A stretch of DNA of 64,000 bases from Octopus bimaculoides (lineage: Eukaryota). Position numbers and translations under genes: made by a program. The notes under the pieces are model-generated. The model was given only the letters and a program-made list of their open reading frames with translations, ran no database searches and was not told the origin of the DNA. Below are positions 1-13,172 of the stretch, piece after piece. The DNA lies in assembly GCF_001194135.2 (NCBI RefSeq), contig NC_068990.1, forward strand, positions 25,157,060 to 25,221,059, given 5' to 3'. How positions within the stretch are numbered: the stretch's first letter is position 1; every line of letters begins with the position of its first letter.

Positions 1-31
<31 letters not shown>

Positions 32-59
32 CACCCACCCCAAATGCTGGGTCTTGCTA

Positions 60-660
60 TTACTGAGGGTCTCTCTTGGTGAAAGCCTGTCTTCAACATA
101 CGTAAGACCACATCCCAAAGACTTATCCTTCTTTTTAGAACCAGAAAATATTTCAATCCCCAACAGCAGCTGACACTTCACAAGACTCAAATGAGGCCCA
201 CAAAGGAGCGTTGTTCTCACATCTGGAACAGGGATGCTATTAAGGACACTGACATCCTAGATCACATCCAGGGAAGAGCAACTCTTCAATTGATTGGAAC
301 CCCATCATTAACAGCCACACTCCAGCCTGTGTCTCACAGGTGTGCTGTATCCCCTCTCTCTGCCTTTTCTACCACTACTTTAATGGCCTCAGAGCTGGCT
401 GGCCTCACACCTCCACCACCCAGGCCCTCCCTGTCCCACTCATCTCTCCTCCTATTAACACTTTGTGTATCCAACCCCACCATGCTCCCTTTCTCAGCAC
501 TAACCACTACATCCAAATCCTTACTCCCCCATAGCAACATCCCTCTGGAATATCCTCCCTGCTCATGTCTTTCCTGCACCAACCTAATCTTGCTAGCCTT
601 GGCGAGACTTGCAAAGATCATGGGCCCTGCCCTATTCTCCAAAGTCAGCATTTGATAAAA
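60..660 (+). mobile_element. Decayed LINE ORF2 C-terminal fragment (CR1/Jockey group)
   Basis: Frameshifted peptide 'LIGTPSLTATLQPVSHRCAVS / SLCLFYHYFNGL / SELAGLTPPP / TNHY' matches the post-RT C-terminus typical of these LINEs. Confidence 0.7.
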
Positions 661-1005
661 AATGGGAAAGAATAAAAGACTAGAGATTAGCAAAGAGACA
701 ACAAAACAGAGACCAGCAAGGGGATTTTTTTTATTTGTTTTACATCCAAAGATAGGGAAACCAAGGTGTAGTGATAACCAAAAGCTAACAAGAGATAAAA
801 GGAACCAGATACTAGTAAAGAGAAAGGGGGGGGAGAAGAAGATAGACTACTAGAGACTAACAAAGAGACAAAGGAAAGAGAGACCAGCAAAAGGACAAGA
901 AACTAGAAGCGATTAGGAGATAAAAGGATAAACAGTTAATTATTATATAAGAGATACAATGGTATGAGAGATAAGACTTTGCCTTTGTGAAAGAAAGGTT
1001 CTTAC

Positions 1006-1165
1006 CATTGTTGGATCCAACAAATTCTTCACTTCTTCAATATTAGATGTTAATGGTGGTTGGGCATTTGTTTTGGCAACCATTTGTTGTACCCATTGTT
1101 TTTCAGCTTTCACACCATTGTGGTATAAAGACAACAGTTGCAGAGCTGAGTCAACGCTGCGGAGT
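1006..1165 (-). CDS. Plakin exon: [53 protein letters not shown] (gene continues off the left edge)
   Basis: TAG acceptor, GTAAGA donor, 160 nt, phase 2 to 0. Confidence 0.92.
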
Positions 1166-3098
1166 CTAAGAGAAAAAAGAAAATCGAATCCAAATAAACA
1201 AACATTAATTGAACAGTTTTAATGAAAGCAACGAGTTTTAGGATGAATTTATTAATGTGTGTGTAAGGGACATAGAACAACTGTGGATATGTATCGATAT
1301 ATTTTCATTACTATTTTAATGTTCACTTTTCTATGCTTGCATGGGTCAAACAACACATTTTTAGGTAAATTATCTACGGCTGAATGCCTTTCCTGCACCA
1401 AACCTTCACTTGTTTTCAAACAGGGTAATATTTCTCCATGGCCAGAGATGTTCTCACAGAATACAGGAAATGCATGACACTGCTTGTATGACAGTGACAC
1501 TCATTTACAACTATCATGCGATGCCAAGACAAGGAAACATAAACATACACAAACAGGCTTCTTTCAGTTTCTATTTACCAAGTCCACTCACAAGACATTG
1601 ATTGGCCTAGGACTAAAGAAGAAGACACTTGCACGAGGTGCCACACAGAGGAACTGAACCCAAAACCATGTCAGTGGAAAGCAAACATCTTAACCACATA
1701 GCAATACCTGCAGCTGAATAACTTCTCTAATGCTGGTGGCACAATAAAATGTACCCAGGACATGATGTAATGTGGTTAATGAAAGGAAGATCATGGAGCC
1801 ATTGATACAGTTTCTAAAATATGGAATAAACAAGACATGGATGTTGCTGGCCACATCACAGGCTACTCAATAGGGTGGGTAGCTGTATTCAGGAACTAAT
1901 ATTGGATGTAGAGGTTTCTTTAGACCTATTACAGAACAAAGACGGAAAGGCCTTTGGCATTAGATGGTCACCCTGCAGTGTAGATCACAAGGTCTATGGA
2001 TTTGTAATATATGCGCACATTTATGTATGCAAAAATTGACTGCATCATCAGCAGCAGCAGTTAATGTCTGCCTTTCATAAAAGCATGGGTTGGATGGTTC
2101 GACAAGATTGAACAAGTCAGAGGACTGCGTCAAACTTCAATATCTATGTGCATGTGTGAAATAACTGTGAAATCTAAACCACTAACCTTTCAATAATTTG
2201 TATGCATATTGCATCCCACTGCGTCTGCAGCACTTTCATTTCCTTCTCTTGGTCTTCAATGTCAGCTTGTTGTGAACTGCCTGGACCATGCTGCTGAGAT
2301 AAAGATTTTCTCACATCCTGGATATCTTTCTTCAAATTATCAATTAGGGGTTGTTTCTGTTGAACTCTTGATTGGATTTCCTGCAACACAAACAAGACAT
2401 TTATCTTGTGTATAACTGAGTGCAACATCCTATAGCCATAGAGTGAAAGGACTGAATTGGTAGAGAGTCTGGCTAAATCCTTTAAAGTTATATATTTCAT
2501 TGACCCCCTTAGGATTTAAACCAGCCACATTCGGCCCAAATTTTCTGCCTGTTCTACACTCAAACAAGCAAGATTAGGTCTCTCTCACTTACTCTACAAA
2601 ATTATTATAAAAATAATCATGTGATCAAAATATTGTGGTGACGATATAAAGTATGAATATTTTAAAACTATGAGCATAAATAAGCATTTCATTAAACAGA
2701 GTAATCTGAAAGTTGAAGGATTAAACTGGCCATCTCTGGCCCAGATATTCTACCTATTTTGTGTTCAGACTGACCAGATCCTGCAATGCGATTCTAAAAA
2801 TAAACAATCACATCATCAAAACCTCAAAGCTACAACATAATGCATGATTAATTCAAAACAATATGAATCAAAATGCATCACATTTAACAAAGTTGTCTGA
2901 ATGCGAAAGGGTTAAAATGATAACAATCAATTCTTGTGGTCTAAATCAGTGCTACTCAAAATGGTGGTCCACAGACTGGTGCCGGTCTGTGGCAAGTTTC
3001 TAGAAAAGAAACATTATAAAATGCTTATGTAATATTGTATTATTTGTTTATAAAATAAATATAAAATAAAAAAAAAATTGTCAACTTTTATTTTATTC

Positions 3099-3137
<39 letters not shown>

Positions 3138-4309
3138 TCCGGTATAAATTAATATTACTAAGAAATATTACTGGTCCCTGGCAAATTGGAAAAAAAAAAA
3201 CTGCTGGTATGCCACATCAGATAGTTTGAGAAGCACTGGTCTAAGCCATCTGTCACACTGTGGAAAGGGGATGGTAAAAGAGTGTGTGTGTGTATGCATA
3301 TATGCAACAGAGAGATTTAAATGAACATTACTAGCACACACACACACACTTGCACACAATAACTGGCTGTGCATATGTATGTATGTAAGGGGGGTATGTA
3401 TATACATACACCTAATGTTAGTGTTTGCACATATGGTAACTAAAAGAGGACTTTTAGGAAAACTTGGTAGTTTTAGTCAGTCGTTAAATAATTTATTCAA
3501 CTCATTTGTGTGTGTGCGTGTGTGTGTGTGTGTGGAGGGGCACAGCTTAGTGGTTAGGATGTTGCACTCATGATCATAAGATTATGGTTTCAATTCCTAG
3601 ATCAGCGATGCATTGTGTTCTTGAGCAAAACACTTCACTCCAGTCACTCAGATGGCAAAAATAAGTAATCTTGTAACAGACCAGTTTCCTATACAAGGTG
3701 ATGAATAAGATACCCAAGAGAATCCAGGAAGCTGGCCTTATGAAGCTGCAACTTGGGAAGGATCAAAAACACTTTTTTTTTTTTTTTTTTGAGATATAAA
3801 CTTAAAGATAAAACATTTAAAATGTTACATTAATCTTTAATGCTTGGTGGTGGTGGATTATCCAATGTGTCAGCTAGTCTATTTTACAGTTTATTCCTCC
3901 ACAAGGTTGACTCAGAATTTCATCCCAATGTGTAAAGTTGTTACTAAGGTTATAATCTTTTGGGGGCCATAATTTTCATCTTTAGAGATGAAGAATTTCT
4001 TTCCAGTATTTCCATCAATTTTTTCACTTGCTTTAGCCATAGAACCAAGGCCATGCTGGGGCACCTGCTTGAAGTGTTTCATCAAACAAATCAACTCCTG
4101 TACTTATTTATTCTACCAGCTTCTTTTGCTGAACTGCTAAGTCATAACTGGTTGTTACATGGCAGGACAAACACAAACACACACACACGATAAGCTTCCA
4201 CATAGTTTCTGTCTCACAAGACATTAAGGCTTTGGTCAGTCCAAAGCCATGGAAGAAGACACTTGACCAGATGCAACTAGCACTGGAACTACACGGCTGG
4301 GAAGCGATT

Positions 4310-4348
<39 letters not shown>

Positions 4349-7300
4349 TGCAATAATATAAAAAGAAAACATGTACATACATCTTAATTGATGTTTTGGG
4401 TATAAAGCTATGTATTACTTGTGGTTGGCACCAGACCAATTCTGTAAGCAACAAATTTGTTAACGTATACCCTACCCACATTTTTATCAACTGCTATTTA
4501 CCAGATGGTGAAATGTTGCATTAGAGCTTATCTCAGTTTTCATCCTCATTGTTTTAACATCTGTTTGTACATGTTTACAAGGGTTGGAGAAGTTTGCAAC
4601 ACAACACCTTTCATCCATTACGCAATAAAGGGAGGTAAACCCCGACACCAAAAAATAAAGCATCCAGAACACACTGTAAGTGACTGGTAGATCAATTTTA
4701 GCAGTGACAGTGTAAGACTTGATAGTGGTCTTTAGTCTTGTTGGTGACAAGGCAGCCTCTAGAGTGCTAGTTCCATGGAAACTGCACCCAGTACTCTCTG
4801 TAAAGGTTGGTGTTAAGAAGGACAACCAACAGTAGATAGAAACTATGCCAAAAATGAGATGCTGAAGCAACATTAGTCCTTCAATCTGTTGAATGACCCT
4901 ATCCATAACAGCAGGGAATGAATGTAAAAAAAAAATTATGATGGTGGCAGTGGTGATGATGATGATGATCTATCTGGAGAGAATGCTACTGTGTTTTATC
5001 CATAGCAAGATTTGAGGACAACATTCACTGAACTATTGACCCAATGCCACAATTCTGTGGGTTACATCATTTGGAGTGAAGTGTTTAACCAGGAACATAA
5101 TGTAATGTACAAGTTAGATTATAAAACTAAAAGATCATTCATTATTCTAGCAGCTTAGTCATTATTTTAACAACATTAGTCATCTGTTTCATTACAGGTT
5201 CAAGCATTCCCCTACATTACAGTTGCATTGAATTTCTGAAAATGTTGCCAAATTTCATTTAACTATTGATTTCCACATTTCCTTGGTTCATAACATAGAA
5301 ATCAACATGAAAATAGGTTTCATATTATAGAAGTCCATGATGTAATAAGATTTTCAGGAATGTAACACTTTTGTAACATGAGGGAGTTGCCTGTACTTGG
5401 ATATCAAAAGCAGAAAGATGAGAGGAAAAGTAAAAATAAATGCAGAAATACCAGACTAAAAACAAATTATAAAGTAACTAACTCATCACACAATTCTCAT
5501 AGAGTCATCTTTAACCTTAAACTGAAAGGTTTTAACTTTATACACAAAAACACAGAATTTTGGTGGGAAGTGTAGGTGACTTAATGAAAGATTAAAATCT
5601 GAAGTAACCTGAAGTTCTTCGCGGAGGGCATATAAGGCATCAAGATCTGAAGACATATTGCCAGAGGAAGCCAAATGGTCTTCAATTTCTTTGATGAACT
5701 GTTCTATTTCATCAGTTCGGGACACAAAGACTTCAATTGTTTTCATTCTGTAAATAAAGCAAAATTAGTCAATCACTTAACTGCAAATAATTTGAAAAAT
5801 AATTGCAACAACTAATAAGCTAAACAGACAAGATTTTAAATAAATTACCCTTTATTGTTTTAAGAGCTAAGAATTATAGCCATCAAAGCACATTACCAAG
5901 TGTAATACAAGTGAATGAGAGAAAATCAATGTTAGCTTTGTCAGCTCATTATTTTATCCTTTTGATCCTAACCTGCCTGATCCCATCAGCAAGTCCTATG
6001 ATACCGGTCGCCTCTTGTAAAGTGATCCAAATTAAAACCTTCCATCAAAATTTTGTGTTAATTTATGTTCCAAACACTAGATTAATGATGACAAAGTAAT
6101 TTTAGTAAATTCTTCATTATTTTCAAAATTAATTGAAACAATTGAAGTGTATCTCATCAGAAATTTGGTAACAAAAGAGTTAAGCAGACCAATATTCAAA
6201 GGCATCCCAACCATGACCATCCAGTCATTTCTATTTGATCACCATAAATCTCAGACTGCAGCACTCATTGATGACAAGATGTGATTTAACCCTTTTGATA
6301 CCAAAACCCATCTGAAATCAACCAAGGTTTTCTGATATAAATTCCCAACTTTAAAGTCATCTGCAATTCTTTTGGAGTCTCCTTCCTGTCTAAATTTTTC
6401 TCCTACAGAAATTAAACTTGAACTACATCAAACATTACCATTCTGAGAGGCTCTGCAAAAACCAAAAGATGCTGCTACCCATCCATGCTGTATAATATTA
6501 CACTGATTCTTCATGCAAATTACACGAAGAGTACCAGTGTCTGTGGAGTACGTAGATTATAATTCAATGAATAAATAATTGATTTTGACAGATGAGTGAT
6601 CCAATTGTTTAATCAATAGAAGAATTCATTATATTCTTGTAATTACCATACTTGACAGAATAAAGACAGTTTATTTGTTTTCCTTCCCAACACCAAATAT
6701 CCCTAGGAATTGCTATGTAATCTAAAATCTAAATATAATTTGCAATACCTTTAATCTAGATACAGAGTCTATGAGGGACTGATAATGGCATAAAGGATAA
6801 TCCTTCTTGAGTCAAACAAACTCATAGGACTGGTTTCCTAGTCTCTGTTGCATATATATTCCCGCCTGGATGGGATGCCTGTTCATCACAGGAAATACTC
6901 ATTTTTACCAGCTGAGTGGACTGGAGTAATATAAAATGAAGTGTTTTGCTCAAGAACATTACACATTACCCAGACCAGGAATTGAAAACACAATCTTACA
7001 ATTACAAGTCCAACATCCTAACCAAGGCACATGCCCCTCCACACCTGGTAACAGCATGGATTCTATAATTTTGAATATGGTACCAACACCACAAAGTTAT
7101 CACAGAAAATCTTAAGGAAGATGAAAGTAAAAAACAAAAACAAAAAAAAGGGCAACGCTGTTTAAGGATTCTCAATAAATTACCTCTCCATATAAATCTG
7201 TGATAGTGATAATAAAGAATTCCATTTCTGGACAATTAAGTTGAGTTTTGTGCCAACTGGTGCTGCCCAGTGTTGGGATTTGGCAGATTTCTTAATGTCT

Positions 7301-10300
7301 TCTAATTCTTTTTCATATTTCTTGAAAGTACTGTCAAGTTCCTGTGGAATATTGGAAAATAAGAAAAAAAAAATTGAGGAGAATAGAAAGGAAGAGGGAA
7401 GAGAAAACAGAGACATGAGGGAAAGAGAAAGACAGGAAGAATCAGAGAGAGAAAAATTGTCATTGTTGTCATCATTTAATGTCCATTTTCCATGCTGGTA
7501 TAGATTAGATTGTTTGACAAGAATTAATGAGCCAGAGGATTACAGCAGACTCCAATGATTGCTTTGACATGGTTTCTATGGCTAAACCCCCTTCGTAATG
7601 CCAACCACTTTACAGAGTGTATGGGCTGCTTTTTATGTAGCACCGGCACAAGTGAGGTCACCAAGTAACTCACAAGATAAGAAGCCCCTCAACTGAAAGA
7701 GGAGTGGAGAGGGAGGAAATATAGTACCGGGACATATAGACATAAAATTCATATTTAATTATACTTATTCTGTCACTATATAACATTTAGAGAGTGTCTG
7801 CCATATGACTGGAGATGTGTGCAGTTACAAGTTAAAATAATTCTGATTAAAAACAAAATAAATTCTACTTGTAAACATATCAAAGTGCAGGGTCTTCCCT
7901 TTCTGTATTACTAGAAAGATATTTGATTTTTAACCCTTTAGCATTCAGATTCCTGTCAAATGCAATGCTCTTTTATTGATATTGTTTTAAATTAAGCATA
8001 CATTATCTTGTAGCTTCAAGATTTCAATATGATTGTTTATTTTTAGAAACAACATTGGTAGGTGTGAGAGGATATATCTGACAGTTAGAACATTAAACAG
8101 GTTGAATATTTGGGCCGGATATGGCTAGTTTAAATGCTAAAGGGTCAATGTCAGCATATCTAAATGCTGAAATATTTTGGTAAAACTGGACATGATTGAA
8201 TATCTCAACATCATCAACAGCAATTAATTTATGCCTGATTTGCCATCTCTTTTCCAAGGAGGATGGTTCTGCATGGCTAAATAATTCATCACATTAAATG
8301 TGTGATTATATCATTATTATGTGAACTAAAGTATTTTGTTGTTTTTAGCTCCAGGTCTTCTCTGATTGAGAAGACATATTCAAAAGGTAGTCTAGCCATG
8401 AGCTTCCCGTTTTCCTTCCAGAAATAAGGAACCAAGGACTACATTATTCAGAACATCCTTTTATCAACACAATAAGGGCTGTCATTTGAGGTATATTTGT
8501 TTGCTATTTCTAGCAGGTAGAGTGATGTCGCTACACTGGTTCATAGCTGAATGGATTAGCAGAATCATTAGAGAATCAAACTAATGCAGCAAACTAATGC
8601 AGAATGGTGTGTTCAAATTCTGCGAAGGTCAACTCTGACTTTCATCCTATTGGAAGTTGTTAAAATGTAGTACCAGCCAAATACTGAGGTCAATATAATC
8701 AATTCTACATACATTTCTCTCAAATTTGAGGCTTTGTACTTCTAAGGTAAGAAAATATATAGGTGATTATATTTGCTGATACCAAAACAATGACAACGAA
8801 CCAATCTAAAAAGCTTAATACAAAGACAAAACTTAGATACCTGATGTTTCTCCAAAACCATTTGTAGTGAGGACACATCTTTAGGAACTGCTTCATCAAG
8901 CTGACCTTTCACACACTGTTCCCAGTTGACAAGGTTTCGGCTGAAGTTATCAAGTTGTTGAACTAAAACTTGTTTTGGTGTTTTCATTTCTTTTGATTCT
9001 GTTTAGAAGAAAAATAAAAAAACAACAATATTTGAAAACTTTTAAATCGTGTCTTATATAGTATTAAGAAGACATGACTCCTAAAGCCATAGAGAAGACG
9101 ACTTGTCTAAGAGCCTGTATCATCTCAAACTGGTATAAACCAGTCCTAGAAAAGAGAGAGGGTCACAGACCCTTACATCAACCTCTCTTGTACCATTATG
9201 AAACAACACTGCACTTTACAGTCACATGGCTTTGAGTTAAGTTCCACTGTGGCCAAATGTCTTCTATTATAGCCCTAGGCCAACCAAAGCCTCATGAGTA
9301 AATTTAGTAGATGGAAACTATGGAAGCTCATCACATATGGGCGACTGCTGGTCTTCCATAAACAACCTTGTCTGGACTTGTACCTCAGAGGGTAACTTTC
9401 TAGGTGCAATCCCATGGTCATTCATTACTGAAGGGGATTTTACCCTTTTACATATATAAATATAGATGTGTATGTGACTATATGTACTTCCTTATGTGTG
9501 TCTCCTTCTTGTCCACTGCTTGACAACCAGTGTTGGTTTGTTTACATCCCTACAACTTGGCAGTTTAGCAAAAAGAGACTGAAAGAGTAAGAACTAGACT
9601 TTTAAGAAAAAGTGTCCTAAGGGTTGATGATTTTGACTAAACCCTTAATGGTTGTGCCCCAGCATAGCCACAGCTCAATGACTGAAATCAAGGAAAAGAA
9701 TCCTATTCTTAGCCCATAAATAAACTGAAAATTGCCAAGGCATAAATTTTGTAGCATATGGATAAGATATAAGATTGTTTAATAAAAAATAAAATAATAA
9801 AAGATGCTTATTTAATCTGAATAAGGATATTATCTAACCTGCTTTGGTAGATTGTGTGGACAATTTTTGGTAATGCTCTTGGCATCGAGCCATTCCTTGT
9901 TGCAGTGCAGAAATATCTTGACGTCCGGGTGCAGATTCTGTCAATAAGATATTCATGTCATCATTGAGAGCTTTCCAAATGGCTTCTCTTTGACTGGGTT
10001 CAAGACCAGAGAACTGAAAGACAAAAACGTACAAAATGTTCCACTCAAAGACAGAATAACGGAATATTTGATTATTCAATAACTATGCATTTATGAATGG
10101 ATGGATGGACAGAAAGATGGAAGGCTGGGTGAATGCATGGATAGATGGATGGATAGGAGGACTGGTTAGACAAAAAAAGGCTGGAAGGCCAAATGGCTGG
10201 CCAAGTGGACAAATGGATGCACGTTCTGTAAATTGCAAATGCTTATATGTCTATGCTACAAAATGTAATAACTTGATTCTGCGTCAAAGCTGAAACAATG

Positions 10301-13136
10301 CATTTTTTTTCACCAGTTTCATACTGTACACAAGACATGTTGTTGAACCCTAGGTCAGCTTAGACCAATCAAGGAGAGCTGCGATGGTTTTCCAGTTCTG
10401 CTAGAAAAAAAAAGCTTAAATGGTCAGTGTGAATCCACGACTAGCTATATCATCTAATATCTCCTTCCTCTTTCATTTTAAACAGTTAGGTATAATTTAA
10501 GGGAGATTTGGCTGGTATTTCTTGCAGATGAGTGACTAGGCACCGCTGTATGGATACAGAGTGTATGTATATACGATGTGGTTTTGAATTAAATCTAAGG
10601 CCATCTGACTGGAACCAGCAAAAGAAAGGATAACAACAAAACTCAGTTTCTGTCTACCAAACTGGGACAACTGTCTTTGAGATGGTGACAGAACATAAAT
10701 TAGTTGACTCATTAATCAATACACTAATGATTCAGCCAGTCAGTAATTTCACATTTGTGAACAGATAGGAAGAAATCAATATTCTAAACAGAAAATACAT
10801 ACGGTTTTCTGGTTCCATTTTTGAACTGCTTGCATAGTTGCCAGTACCATATTTTTCCTGAATTTGATGTTTGATGCTTTCCAAAGTTGGCGTAGATTAA
10901 GCAGATCGTCTTTTAATCTAAAAGTAAAACATAATTGAAATAATTAAAATGAAAACCACAACTAGCCTTTGTAAAAACCCAACAAATTACTGTTAAGTAC
11001 TTTTTTTCTTTTTTTTACAATTGTAAAACAAACAAAATTAATTAGCAGTAACAACATCATCTACTTTTTCATGTTTGGATGTATTTGATGAGAGTATGTT
11101 CAGGCAGAGGTTTCTATGACCCGAAGCCCTTCCTACTATCAGCTCCTACTTATTTCCAAGCAAGGTAATAAGCTCCTGGTCCTGTGAAAAACAAACAGCT
11201 CAGTTATCTTCATTCAGAGAACTGGAAACAAACAACAACAACAACAACATTCAATGAATAAGCTTTTTGTTTACAAAGATTTACGTAAGATGTCAAGAAG
11301 CCCAGACATGTTTTCATAATTGACTGTGAGTAAATGATCCCATCGGCAAAACCATTGTTTATAAATCAGCAACTGAACAAATGTGAAGATGCAGGAGGCA
11401 CAAACATACACACACATGAAAGCTTCTAATCCACTCACAAGGCTTTAATCAGCCTAGGGCTAAAGTAGAAGATACTTTCCCCGAGGTGTAACTCAAACCT
11501 GCAACTACAAAGTCGGGAAGTAATTATGTATGTATGTCTGTACGTATGTCAAACTTCTTTCAATTTCTGTCTACCAAATCCACAAAAGAAGCTGTGCAGT
11601 GGGACTGAACTCAAAATTACATGGTCGGGAAGTGAACTTCTCAACCACACAGCCATTAAAAAAAATAAAAAAAACTTTTGCTCCTGTAGATAATACTCAC
11701 TAGAAAAGTTTTTTGTTGTCTTCTACAGACACATTTAAGTAAGATGTAGCAATTATTCTTGGTGGATAGATGTGTGTGTGACACGTTTGATTTCATATTG
11801 CTGCTCATAAACTGGAATACATTAAGTTGGCTAGTAGAACCAGATATTAAGAATCAGTCAAGTACAAGTGAATTAGTCAAAACAGCTTGAAAACAATAAT
11901 CATAACAATTAAATTAATTACAACACCAACCTTCTTGCATATAAAATGGCCTCTTCATCAGGTGGTGGCAGCATAAAACATATGGATGGGAGGAGAGTAA
12001 CAACTCCTTTGTTTGTCTGAACCTGTTTTGGATACAAAGAGAAACAAATTGAAATTAATTAAATACACTGATTGGAAAAAATTGTAACATTTAATTAAAA
12101 GTAACCGATTGTAATTTAACCGTTATGTTTTAAAAGTTAATATAATCGTCATTGTTTTAACATCCACTGTTTCGTGCTTGAACGGGCCGGAAAGAGTTTA
12201 ATGAGGCAAATGCCCACCCTGTAGTCAACCCTCACTTGTTTCTAGGCAAGGTAAGGTTTTTCTATGACCAGAAATGTTTTCAGAGAACACCAGAAATGAA
12301 CGACACTGCTTGTAGGACAGTGACACTCATTTACAATTATCATTCAACACCAAGATAAGGAAACACAAACATACATGCACTCTCTCAAACAGGCTTCTTT
12401 CAGTTTCTATCTACCAAATCCACTCAGAAGGCATTGGTTGTGTAAGACCTATAGAAGGAAATGTTTGCCCAAGGTGCCATGCAATGAGATTGAACCCACC
12501 ACCAAGCAGTTGGAAAGCAAACTTCTTTACAACACAATCACACTAGTGTGTGCATATGTGGTTTACTTATTAACAGCTGAAATTTCACAGTCGATACTCT
12601 GAGGTACTTGTTGACATGACTGAGTGATGCTTCCGTTTCCAGTAAATGAATAAATGAACTCCGTAACATGTACTGAAGACTAATCTACTTGTGTTCATAC
12701 GTGCGTGTGCACACACACACAATTGTCATCAACGTTTAACATCCACTTTCTAAGCTGGCATGGGTTGGACGGTTTGACTGAGGACTGGCAAGCCAGAAGG
12801 CCGTACCAGGCTCTAATATTAATGTTCACAAGATTTTCTTACCTTCCATCTTGTCACATCGCTGCTGTCAAGTATGACACAGATATCTCCTTTCCGAGTT
12901 GTATGCTGAAAAACAGAAAATAATTTTTTTAAATAATTTCATTTTTTAATTGGAATATGCATTTTAAGTAATGTTTTCCATACATTTTTTATATCTAAGA
13001 ATATTTTTAAGAAGTAAACAAGTATAACACACAACCTTAAAGATAACATTTTGGCAGTGAAATGGATCTTTATCTAAAGATTATTTAGTGTATATTTTTA
13101 TGAAGGATTAAAGGTGGGGTAAATGGTGAAATTCAT

Positions 13137-13172
<36 letters not shown>

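Noticed and set aside
191-693. 154-aa and 119-aa overlapping ORFs as host genes
   Set aside because: They are explained by a frameshifted LINE ORF2 remnant and its antisense.
4487-4906. 139-aa minus-strand [14 protein letters not shown]...
   Set aside because: It overlaps the antisense of a decayed family 4 repeat, shows no plakin similarity, and the flanking exons (5609 and 2380) join in frame without it.
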